In this document: piece by piece, positions 12,401 to 23,200 of the stretch
Layout: every line of letters starts with the position of its first letter
Position numbering within the stretch: position 1 is the stretch's first letter
From: Diplonema japonicum
Taxonomy: Eukaryota; Protista; Euglenozoa: Diplonemea
Assembly: GCA_964019335.1 (NCBI GenBank)
Contig: OZ025742.1
Location: forward strand, 316,444-380,443
DNA: 64,000 nucleotides
Direction of reading: 5' to 3'
Made by a program: the position numbers and the translations under genes
Notes under the pieces: generated by a model
The model's input: only the letters and a program-made list of their open reading frames with translations
What the model was told of the DNA's origin: nothing
Databases searched by the model: none

Positions 12401-12692
12401 CTGCGTCAGTAGTTTCTGTCCACTCCCTGCGCACGTTGGGTTACTACAACAGCTCCGTAAGGGGCTACTCCTCTAGACCGGTATTCGCCTCCCCGGTGAC
12501 CCGCCACATCCTTGAGAAACAACTGTACAACTATTGTGTCCTTACCAACTCGGTTGAGGGTTTTATACCTAAGGTACCGAGGAGGGTGAACGAGGGGCCG
12601 AAGGCCACACCACAGCAGAAAGGTTCGATCAAGAGATAGATTGAGACTCTTCAGGCGTCCTGCCACATACCGCAGGTACCCTTAAATGTCTC
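9488..12692 (+). mobile_element. 5'-truncated non-LTR retrotransposon (RT + C-terminal Cys/His motif)
   Basis: GC-rich frame open 9490-12639; RT motifs HRPITV, QHGFRP, VDFRKCFDSV, GILQGCPISP, SYADD; CMGC...HTLWDC; no endonuclease domain retained; T-runs on both sides. Confidence 0.9.
9592..12639 (+). CDS. Reverse transcriptase ORF of LINE-like element (N-terminally truncated)
   Basis: 1015-aa ORF with complete RT motif set including YADD. Confidence 0.85.
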   Translation: MGAVSKRYLALEKIRVGCAAVVRRLKPICGAPPHEICRGWDNAVRRAVNQRVIPESAAPTVDMAKDAAELQAKVLQVQRTMDLASKVSRGAKHKREMEYHFAKHRQTIAGLVQGKQSRELLAVRTADGRLSTNLGEIDRAFREAWSPVFQMYKDRPEPTAEEFVRSFGGYIPYCSMSTTELTSAQLRKVLNKKQRQHCAGVDGWRLSELAHLPSELLDGFLFLFDWIETTGVWPQAILTALITMIPKSESEEPLDHRPITVSSAFYRLWACARLPAILEWQERWITPTQHGFRPKHGVDDLLFKVCAQVENARQGAEPLYGLSVDFRKCFDSVPVTLTFDLAERLGMSENILRPLRSMYANLDRRLRFQAGVGEVFRTTNGILQGCPISPVFINAILAAYTRRCVTTFPEVLPISYADDLYLFSRISEKAVQSSILLLDELCRLTNMSVHPGKTKAFSTKKGYRSRLAMRGTLFDTVKSVTMLGCTVCLQPTRTKNTRIATALDAVDRLTVTQITRTRKAQLIEDCILPAALYGVLYTPPTDSLLDSLRKKITSCIWGPHNPTRSSGALLGVAFKGHRLDPYSAAAYRRITTFARMMRSDGESSSLVRACRDGYKEAARNGNPLAPRGILGQTHELLEELGSSWAHFARQWVPLEPGALKHEVRKLLKVHLRANLVESRPSFQGTGDIDEVATNGLHLHLANRNPPKARRVLQVITGAVFPFHPKIINDTVGGRTKCMGCDATFDISEHTARLLEHTLWDCQAHEHIRTASETRAALCTQRNQWPRCTQLHGIATVGLGLDTAELQLMMAEITGSLQLTFARKKTMDFSVHLWNRPFEKGSLLKPRSLRWYYDNGLRQQCLPRLIPHVIRWLSALHWGTTGGQVSRLELAIDFIATVGLSPCEEGEDIQVSARVIGRVITALERIHTSKGIAPLIPAASVVSVHSLRTLGYYNSSVRGYSSRPVFASPVTRHILEKQLYNYCVLTNSVEGFIPKVPRRVNEGPKATPQQKGSIKR

Positions 12693-12868
12693 TTTTTTTT
12701 TTTTTTTTTTTTTTTTTTTCCTCTATGATATGAAGCTGAGCAGGAAAAAGAGGAAATGTGTTTCAGCCCTTCAGAAAGTAACTTTATTAACGCCTCCAAG
12801 AGGGGAGGTTGAGCGGGAAAATCAATGTCCAATTTTGCTTTCTTTGATCACTCGGATTTGAGAGGCAT

Positions 12869-12901
<33 letters not shown>

Positions 12902-13422
12902 TTTCTCTTCTTGATTTACCTATTTTATCATCCCCCCCCCCTCACTCCCTTCCCAATAAAACCAATAGAACGGCTGTAGGCAAAGTAAACGGTGAGGGGC
13001 GGGGAGGTGAGCACACATTCTTTTTTGCCCCCCCTTCTATTTTCCAGTCCCAGTTTTTTCCAACAGTAGCCGTGGTCAGCGCTCTGACCTTGAGGCCCGA
13101 GTAGCATTTTGAGAGGTAAAAGTGCATTAGAGGGAGAAAAAAAAAACGGGGGGGGGGAAAAAGAAAAACTTCCCGAACTCGGGTTATTAATTTTTTTGTT
13201 CCCCCCTCTCCCCTTCAAAAAAAAAATCCCTATCCCCCCTCTCCCCTTCTCCCCTTCCCCCCCCTTTTTTTGTTGTCCGGTGCATCGTTATTTTTCTTCC
13301 TTTCTTATGTCTTTTCAGTTCAACCCTTTTCATATTTTTATTTTTTATAAAAAAAAAACCCCCCGGGGGGGGGGGGGGGAAGAAAATTCTCAAAGAAAAA
13401 AAGGGGAAAAAAAAAAAAAACC

Positions 13423-14673
13423 ATGAAGATAAGTCAAAAAGCGCGAGTTGCGACCATGCGGCGGTGGTGCACAAGCACGACTACAACGACCGCCTCCACC
13501 ACAACCTCATCAGGAGAAGAATCACCGAAAGGCCCGTTTGACTATATTAAGTCGGACCTCGAGTCCATTGCTGACCACATCAACCAGCTTGTCAAACAGA
13601 AGGACAACAAGATCCTCGACCACGCCGCAGGGTACCTCCTCCAGCACAAGGGGAAGATGCTGCGACCGGCAATAGTGGCGTTAAGCGGTTACGCAGCGAT
13701 GCCCGGTGAAGAGAGGCTGTGCAGGGAACTGCACGGCGGTATGGCCATGCTGGAAATGATGAAACAAGAAAAAAGAGACCTCAGCGATTTGACAAGTCAT
13801 CCCTTCAACCGCCACCTCCGCTTGGCCGAGATCACCGAGCTTGTCCACACCGCATCCCTTATCCACGATGATGTTCTGGATGAGTCACCCACACGTCGGG
13901 GGCAGGCTTCCCTACACTCTGTGGTTGGGATCAAGGTGGCTGTGCTCACTGGGGACTATTTGCTGGCACGGGCATCTCACTGGTTGGCAACGTTAGGCGA
14001 CAATCGTGTTGTGTTGAATCTTTCCCAAGCGCTGGAAGATCTGACCGTTGGTGAGGTGATGCAGATGGAGGGTGCCAACGACATCCCCACTTACCTTAAA
14101 AAATCATTCAATAAAACTTCGTCTCTCATCGCGCATAGTTGCCGGGGTGCGGCTATTCTCTCCGACCCAGCCAACCTCCCGGTTCACGATGCTATTTTCG
14201 CGTACGGGAAGCACCTCGGGCTCGCTTTCCAGATCATCGATGATATTCTCGATTTCACCTCCACCGACTCCGAGATGGGGAAACCTGCTTTTGCCGACCT
14301 CAAGGCGGGGGTTGTAACGCTTCCGGTACTGAGTTTTTTTTTTTTTTTTTTTTTTAAAGATTTTTTTTTTTTTTTTTTTTAGGTGCTTCTTTCTGCGGAA
14401 CGCGACGCGAAAATGAAAACGCTTCTCGACAGGAAATTCTGCCTTGACGACGACATCGATACCGCAATGGAGATTATCCAACAATCTGAAGTGCTTGAGG
14501 AATCGAAGGCCAAGGCGGAGGAGGAGATCAGATTGGCGATTGAGGCGCTTCAGGTTTGAGGGAAAAAAAAAAAGAAAAAAAAAAGAAAAAACCCTAACTA
14601 GGTCATCCCCGACACCTGCGCCAAAGAATCTATGATAAAATTGACCGACCTTGTGCTGAGCAGGCGGAAGTAA
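13423..14673 (+). CDS. COQ1: Trans-polyprenyl (solanesyl/decaprenyl) diphosphate synthase; exons 13423-14325, 14383-14553, 14602-14673
   Basis: GKMLRP, ELVHTASLIHDDVLDES.TRRG (FARM), AVLTGDYLLA, KTSSLI, LGLAFQIIDDILDF (SARM), DLKAGVVTLP|VL; two GT..AG introns restore C-term ...LTDLVLSRRK*; basic N-terminal transit-like peptide. Confidence 0.9.
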
Positions 14674-14978
14674 GTGGAAAATGGGAAAGAAACCAATTCA
14701 GTGTTATGGGGTGGGAGGGGGGGGTTTTTTTTTCTCCTTCTTTTTTTTCTCTTTTTTTTTATTCAATGCTTTGTTGAGCATCATAGGTGCGTGTTCTGAT
14801 ACATCCCCCCCCTTCTTTTTTCTTTTCTTTTTTCCCCCCGGAGTGTTCTCCCCCCCCCCCCCCCCCCGCCCCTCCTTTTCCTTTTCTTTGGCTGCTGCCA
14901 GCATCACCCTATTCTCTTTTTCCATTATTCTTTTTTGTAGCCTAAAAAGAAAGAAAAAAAAAAAGAGAGAAAGAGGAA

Positions 14979-15099
14979 ATGGCGTTCGGAATACGTAAAG
15001 ACGGGAGATCAACCGGATTGGGTTTCAGGTTGCGCTCATGGTTTACCAGAAGGGCGCTGCAACGGCATTTGTGGAAGTCACCCCAGCATACAGTATGCA

Positions 15100-15137
<38 letters not shown>

Positions 15138-15561
15138 AACCACTAAACCCGCATGTCATAAAGAAAAAAAAAAATCCATGTCCTCTCGCGATTTCTTTCA
15201 CCTTGTTTGGCTAAATGCTGCCCTTTTTCAGCATTATTTTAAGAATTTGAGAGCTAAAATCTAAAATTCGGGGAAAAGTGACAGTGAGGAATACCCGACT
15301 CCATCTTCAGGAGCCCGAAACACCGACAGGTATTAGAAACTCACTGATAGTCCACCAGACGCCAGAGAGGTGTGAACGCAAGCATATTTATTTTCCACTT
15401 TTTTTCTTCTCCCCCCCCCCCCCCCCCTTACCAAACAGGGAATTAGGTCAAAAATTATAAGGTCAAAAGCCAGCTCAAGGCTTAAATGCTGCCATTTTTT
15501 ATTTTTGAATTTTTTTGGAAAATTAACTTTTTCGGTTTTTGGCCTGCTGGCTTAGTGGTTA

Positions 15562-15603
<42 letters not shown>

Positions 15604-17197
15604 ACCTTTAGATTGGAATATTAGGTCTGTCTCGATCTGGGGCAGTGTGGGTAACACGATTTACTTATGTAATGATGGCGTTCAGTATGTTCTCGGCTTT
15701 TGTTTTTACCAGCGGGCTTGATGAATATAATATTTTCACTCCTATCCACGTGAAATTAGCCGATTTGGGCATCATAATGCACTCGGATATTGCTGCTCTA
15801 AATAGAATAGGTGAGGTATGGTTGTCAACGGAAAGTTTAAAAAAAAGAAAAAAAAAATAACTATTTATTGCCAACAAATTATGAGTCATTATTTAACGCG
15901 AGTTCCCGAATTTTTTGCACGAGGGCCCGCAGGGCCCGAGTGCAAAAAAACGGGTAACGAGAGTTAAATAATGGCTCATTTGGCGGCAAGTAAGTCGTTT
16001 TATTTCACTCTTCGTCATTTGAGTCACTCACTCTTCACTGCTTTCACTGCTGTTTTTTTTTCACGCAGGTCAGCCTTTTTGGGGAGTTTCCTAAGGTAAT
16101 ATGGGGTTGCTATTTCGCCATGGCATTTAAAGGGGAAGTAAGGCACTTATTCCCACTTTTAAGGGCTGGAATGGCCTCAGATGGCCAAAAATAGTCAAAA
16201 TACCCCCACCCCAAAAAAATTTTTCAAGGGGTTGGGTGCATTTTTTTCCACGGCGAGACTCATTTTCCCACTCTGAAGGGCCATTATTTAACTGCAAAAT
16301 CTCATTATTTAACTAGTTAAATAATGGCGATTTCGCGTTAAATAATGGCCGTTTCGCGTTAAATAATGGCCATTTCGCGTTAAATAATGAGGCCCCTAGT
16401 GAGTGAAGAAAATGACGAAGAGTGAAATAATAACTATTTATTGCCAACAAATAATGAGTCATTATTTAACTCGAGTTCCCGAATTTTTTGCACGAGGGCC
16501 CGCAGGGCCCGAGTGCAAAAAAACGGGTAACGAGTGTTAAATAATGGCTCATTTGGCGGCAAGTAAGTCGTTTTATTTCACTTTTCGTCATTTGAGTCAC
16601 TCACTCTTCACTGCTTTCACTGCTGTTTTTTTTCACGCAGGTCAGCTTTTTGGGGATTTTCCTAAGGTAATACAGGGTAGCTATTTCGCCGTGGCATTTA
16701 AAGGGGAAGTAAGGCACTTATTCCCACTTTTAAGGGCTGGAATGGCCTCAGATGGCCAAAAATAGTCAAAATACCCCCACCCCAAAAAAAATTTTCAAGG
16801 GGTTGGGTGCATTTTTTTCCACGACAAGACCCATTTTTTCACTCTGAAGGGCCATTATTTAACTGCAAAATCTCATTATTTAACTAGTTAAATAATGGCG
16901 ATTTCGCGTTAAATAATGGCCGTTTCGCGTTAAATAATGGCCATTTCGCGTTAAATAATGAGGCCCCTAGTGAGTGAAGAAAATGACGAAGAGTGAAATA
17001 AAAAAAAAAAAAAAAAAAAAAAACTCCCCCCACAGGGGAGTGGTATAAATCGTGGACGACTGTCGGACAATATTCAAGATTATCACGCAGCGAGCGGGAC
17101 GGAAATCAACCGGTTGAGTTATGAACACTTCGGCAAGCAGGGTTCGACCGCATTCGCCCCGAAATTGCAAGATAAGGTCTCTGCTCCGAGGGAGTGA
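14979..17197 (+). CDS. Small single-pass membrane protein, 159 aa; exons 14979-15092, 15612-15815, 17036-17197
   Basis: Three exons of 114, 204 and 162 nt join in frame over GTATG..AG introns: MAFGIRKDGRSTGLGFRLRSWFTRRALQRHLWKSPQHT|IGILGLSRSGAVWVTRFTYVMMAFSMFSAFVFTSGLDEY...RIGE|GSGINRG...APRE*. Confidence 0.7.
15136..15562. mobile_element. Non-autonomous piggyBac-like MITE in intron 1
   Basis: Imperfect TIRs ttaaccactaaacccgcatgtca / tggcctgctggcttagtggttac; TTAA left, TTAC right; inserted in a poly-A tract. Confidence 0.6.
15858..17001. repeat. Head-to-tail dimer of a ~572-bp palindromic non-autonomous element in intron 2
   Basis: Units ~15858-16430 and ~16431-17001 are near-identical; each has a ~140-nt hairpin centred on gggccc-gca-gggccc, a second IR pair (tatttcactcttcgtcattt / aaatgacgaagagtgaaata) and a 21-bp minisatellite (gttaaataatggccatttcgc). 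Confidence 0.9.
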
Positions 17198-17293
17198 ACA
17201 ATCTTTAGTTTTATTTTACCTAATATATTTGTTTTACCCCCCCCCCCCAGACTTCACATACAGAACGAAGGGGGGGGAAATGCGAGCGCAACC

Positions 17294-20200
17294 ATGAACA
17301 TTCTTCCTGTCCTGCTGCTGACACTCTCAAGCCTTGAAATAGAATATCTATTTGACGACGGTGATTCCTTCGCCTCTCTATTCAACACAGCCGGCGGAAC
17401 ACACCAGGGAAACCTCACTAAAACGGGTCCGGACAATGGTGTTCAACCATGCGGAAGTCACCCCAAAGCATGGGGTTACGGTGCAGCAGAAGCAGCCCAC
17501 GCAAGCCCAGGGCCGATGTGGTCTGGAAGATGGGAAGTGGAGTGGTGGGATGGATGGGTGTTGGAAGGATGGGTCCGAAGTTCAGGCGGGAAAACAATCT
17601 TGCTGACCACGAACGGAAGTTTTTTTGAAACATCTGGGTGCGCGATATCGATCCAAGGAGACAGGGTCATGTTTGAAAATTTCGGGCAGATTGTCACCGA
17701 GACACAGAGCTTTACTACGACAGAGTCGCAAACGGGTTCGATTCCGGTGAACGACACTCTTTTCCGATCCGACAACCTTTCCGCGGTTGTTAGAAACCTC
17801 ACAAACAACACCGCTACATTAACTGCTACACCTACCACCATGCCTCTTGTTGTGTTTCAAGACAACAATGATACTTACCCGGCCACATCCACTGAGACTC
17901 TTGGGAGGCAGAACTACATCACGCTGTCTGTGTGGCATCACATCGCTGTTGCGTTCTGCGAACAAGATTCCCAGGTTGTCATTTACATCGACGGGACGGT
18001 CCGGGAGGTAGTGCCTGTTCCAAGGGGCACGCCGCGCTGCGATTTCACGTCGGGCGATGTTGGGGTTTTGATTCCGTCATCGGCAGGGTGGGGTGTTGAT
18101 AATTTCCGTTTTTACAATAGTTACCTGTCTGAGGACAACGTGTCGGCTTTGTACACCGACGCCTACCAACCCAAAGCAGGGATTGTATCGGGAACACAGG
18201 AGGTGTTCGCTTCCCTTTCGTTGACGTTTTCCGTCCACCCGTTTCACGGACAAGGCGTCTCTGTAGTCTTCGCCGGCAAGAACTGCTTAGAACCATTGTC
18301 CGAGCCTTATCATTTCGGGAACGGATCGGTTTCCATTCCAACCGCTGTTGTTGTTCCTTTGCGCGAGACGTTGTTTGGGCAGTTCTGTCTTTCTTACGAC
18401 GGCGGGTTTCGTTACCACAGAGTGTCGGGTTACATTGCAACGTTTTCCAAAGCGCAGACTACTGAGTATAGGTTCGAACGCACGGCGGAGTACTTATGGT
18501 TCTTCTTCGAGGGTACCGGGTTGTGCAGCATGCCGAACGTCGATCGCGCGAAGCTTGTAGAGATCCCGTCCGAGACACCCCCTGTTCTCGCAACCTACGG
18601 TGGAAATCTTACCGCATTGACACAGAGGCTCGACTTCTACTGCGGCAACAACAATGGTGTTCTTGAAACAGCGGATCTTCTCCCCGGGGATGAACGAGCA
18701 CTGCAAACCACATCAGCGAGGCTTACCCCCCTTAACGGTCTCGGTGGGGACTTCATCGTTTGTTACAAAAATGACGGCGGGACCGGGGTCTCAACCTGGA
18801 CGGCTGTTGGCAGATATCTTGAAATCCCAGAAGGTCATGGCACAACGGGCTGGATCACACTCATTGGAGCTGGTCAGCAGTTCTACCAAGACAACGAGTA
18901 CAGCATTGGGTGTGCGTTATCAGCTGCGATGCCTGCGTATGGGTTGGGCTGTGCGTCGGTTGAGTGGTTGTACCCTCCTTTGGGTTGGTTGCACAGTGTG
19001 ATGTCCTTGAGGTTTGTTAATGTTAATGCGAGCAGTGTTGTCAGTCTCCCTGGAGCGTTTCTACAAAAGGCGCTGAGCGTGAATTTGAGCAGCTCTGTTG
19101 GGTTTGCGGGGAACTTCACGGAGAAGGGTTACATCGGGCTGCCCACGGACATTCAATACGAGCACCCCAGGTTGTGGAGTTTAACAAAATATTTTGTCGA
19201 AGTGTTCAAACCAGCGGGAGCCGAACCCACGTCGGGACGCGACGCGTTGCGCTTTGTGTTTGGAGGCGAGACAGATGTGAACGATGCTTGCAACACGGGG
19301 ACGGTCCAAGTCGACTTTGTTCCGTACTCGGGCACGGAGACGCACAGGAGGTTCGAGGTTGTATTCCCACCGAAATTGCCGGGAACTGCCACTGTTTGTT
19401 ACGGACAACCAGGTGACCCGTCGGGATACCGCCAGATCACCCCGACCGTGAACAGCCACCTTTCCGTGATTGCATCCATCTCCAATTACTCCTTGAACCC
19501 GTACCCCCCATTTGTAAATCAAACCTTCGTTCTTGTTGTCCTCGGGCAGAACATCTTCGGCGTCAATGACACCGTCTACCTCACGAAGACACGCTGTGAA
19601 TCCACAAACATCATCGACGACCACCTCTATCCATTCCCTGCCATTGAGACTCAGTATGACAGCTACGGTGTTTCCATAGGCAGGTCAGCCGTCTTTGAAG
19701 TACCTTCCGGGTATAAAAAAGACATTCTCAAAGTCTGTTACAACCCTGGTCCGGGATACACTGGTGTTGGCGTGGCTGCCGTCACCAACCTGTGGGAGCC
19801 GATCTGGGTTACGAATAAACCCGAAGTGCTGTCGATAAACCTGGGTGGTGCTCTGGACCTTTCAATGGTCGGAAACGGTGAGGTCGCGGTCCATACCGTG
19901 TTCGAGATCGGGTTGTTGGATCGATTTGGGGCACCTGTTGAGAACATTGGGGCGCGGTGCGTCATTTCAGTCACCTCGGCGTCGGTGTGGATCGATCCCC
20001 CTCCGAGCAACTTTGTTCCCGTCTTGTCAGGGACCACTGCCATGTTCACGACGCAGCGCTCGCCGGGAATGTGTGACTTCTCCGGTCTCTTCGGTGCATC
20101 GTTGGGGATGTTCGGAACGGCCGACATCCTCGTCGAAGTCACGCTCACCGATTACACGCTCCTCTCCACCTCCGTTCCCGTTTTCATCGCCCAACCTTGC

Positions 20201-23200
20201 GACCCCGTCACTACCTGCAGCTCCCGAGGCCACTGCAGCATCAACGGCACGTGCATCTGCCACACCAACTACGTAACCGGTTCATGGGAAGGCGCTTCCT
20301 GCGAGCAGTGCCGGTACGGATACTACGGGCAATCGTGTAACATCTATTGCGACCATGCAACTTGCAACGGGCACGGTTCTTGCAGCACCATGGGGGACTG
20401 TATCTGCGACGTGTCCTTCCGAGGGCCTTCTTGCGGGATATGCCGGCAAAACTTCCAGCTTCCAGATTGCCTGCTGTGCATGGCAGGGCACTATGGCTCC
20501 GACTGCATGACGCGAGGCTGCGTCGCGGGGGGTTGCGGAAACGGGCAGTGCAGCACAGAAGGTGCATGTCTCTGCAGCGATGGATGGATGGGAACAACGT
20601 GCCAAACGCAGATAGCCCCAGTGAAGTGCGACGACATGATGCTAACGCGTGCTGCAATATCAAGGGACAAGAAGACGATAGAGATCGCGTTTCTGGAAGC
20701 AGTAGCCACTGCCACGCACGTAGGAAGGACAGGGTGTTGGGAGTACATGCACAACATGACTAGTGAGACGTGTTGGTGGAGCGATGAGCAGACCTTGGTG
20801 CTGGACAACAATGCAAACAGGTTCACAACAGGTGACGTTTTGCGGGTAGTTCAAGGTGGAGCCGTGGACTACCACGGGTGCACCACCACCAAGACGGCAA
20901 ACGTGACGATCATATCAGCAGGCACAGCGCCTACTGTGACTCCCACCATCGTGGGCCCGTCGAGCGTGGCAGAGTGCAGCGGTGCTGCATTTTATGCAGA
21001 CGTGCGAAGTGGCGACGGAAGCCTGCCGGACACGACGGTCACGTGGAGCTTCGCAGTGGAAACAGGCGTTCTGTCACCGTCAGCGCATCTCGCACGACTT
21101 GCCTCCACCACAACAACTAACATGCTTCAGGTCCCAGCCGACTACATGACCCCGGGAAGGTATAAAATCATACTTTCTGTCCGTGATGCATGGGGCACCG
21201 TGTACACAGCATCTCTCACTGTTTTGAAGCGAAACACACGCGATGACACCGCAGGAAGCTACCCGGGGCTTTGGGTAGGCGTGACATCTATCATCCAGAG
21301 CATTACATCGGACCCGTTTGTCCTCTCTGGCATGATGGCCATCCCCGGCTGCATTTACCCCAACGGCATTATGGGTCCAGCTACGCAGTTGTATAGTTTC
21401 AAGTGGACTGTCGTCGACTCCCTGCAGCGAACGGTGGACATGAGGCTTCTCTACGATTTGACGTTTCGTCCCGTGGCTGTTTTGGAAGCCCCGCCTGGTT
21501 TCTTTTCCCCGCTGTTCTCTCCTTATGCTATTTCGTTGGAGGCACAATCGATGTCTTCTGCGAAGGCGAAGGAGGCCGTGCAGTCGAAGCTGATCGTCTC
21601 TGCGGGGAAGCTTGGCATGGCTTTGAGTGGAGTTGGCCGGCAGCACCAACTGCCGAGCAACGAAACGCTTTCAGCACTCTGCTGGGACCCTGAAACGGAA
21701 TTTTCCGGCCCGACAGTGAGGGTCCCATCATCAAAAACCACAATGATGTGGGGGTGCCGAAAAGGAAAACGGAGGAGCAATCCTGGTGACGCATGTGAAC
21801 TGTTTCCAGGCCTGCTGACAAGGAGAGAGATAGGGCTTGCGGCAACTGCACCGCCTGGTGTTTACCACGTTGTAGTAGAGTGCACGAAGACATGGATCAG
21901 CGACGTCGTACCCCTCATGCGGAGCGAGATCAGATCCGGGTACATCGAAGTTGTACCGTCACCAACCTCCCGTTCTGCAGCCCCGCTGCAAGCGCGACAG
22001 ACTGAAGTAGAGCTTGCTATTGTACAAAACCCGTACCCGTACTCGTCGCTACTGGCTTTTATACCTGTCCTCAACGGTCTCCACAGCATTTCGGACACGT
22101 GGTGGACGTGTGAAGGGTTGTGCCCAACCTCATTAAGTTCCCTCGCTTCCGGAACGCGGTACGTCTTCACAGTGACGTACGAACTCAGCCCGTGGTACCC
22201 CGTGGACGCCAACCAGACCGTGGTTCACATCCTGTACGCAGAGGTCGTCACAACGCAAAAGATTACCATTGGCAAGGTGTCCCTCATAGACGCAAGGCCC
22301 ATAGCTGCTTCGCTGACTGTGATACGAGCCGTGACATATGGGTGGGGACAACCGGCGGGCGGGCTGGAGTATCGGTTCGAAGCGGAGATTACAGGGAAAC
22401 TCCGGTACGTGGTGAGCGATTGGTCCGTGGAAACCGGTGTTGAAATCAGGGTGCCCTATGTTTCAAGCCTTGAAACCTTCACCATCACCGTCACGGCAAG
22501 GGACATATGGGGAACGAAAGAGACAGTGACCACAGGGGTTCCGGTGTTCAACAAGGAAAATGCTGGATTAGATGTGATACTCGAGAGGATGAAGCAAGAT
22601 AGAATGCACCATCCTGTTTCGATGGTGGGGTTAGTGGACTTATCGATTTATATGTCGGCGAGCGGTGTCGGGAACGGCGAGGCTGAAAAGCTTGGATTCT
22701 TTTTGTCGAATTTTCCGCGGACCGGGTTGGGGCGAACCAGGACGGGGAGGCTGCAGGCTGTTTTCGGTTTGAAGGTATTCATCGAGGCGAAGTGCCTCGA
22801 CTACACACCGACGTTCGACGAGACAATGCACGTTGCAGGAATTATGCTGGAGGTAACGCAAGGCAGCTCTTTAGAAATTGATCCGGAAACCTCCCGTAAC
22901 ATCTTAACCATCTTTGAGTGGCTAGCTCCGTTGTTAACCGAGTACAACGCAACAGGCGAGGCAACCTTGACAGACTTAATACACACCGTCACCCACGCCG
23001 CTGGAAACTTCTCCCCCGCGGGTACGAATAATTTCTCGATTTGCGAGACGTCACCTTCCGGACAGCTTACAGGGCTCTATCATTCTACCAACCCTGCCAC
23101 TTTTACACCACTTTATGTCAACCCAGTTCCGCATGGGTTGGCTACGGTTTGTCGGTTTATCTGGGGATACGATGTTTTACATTGGACAAACGGTGTAGTT

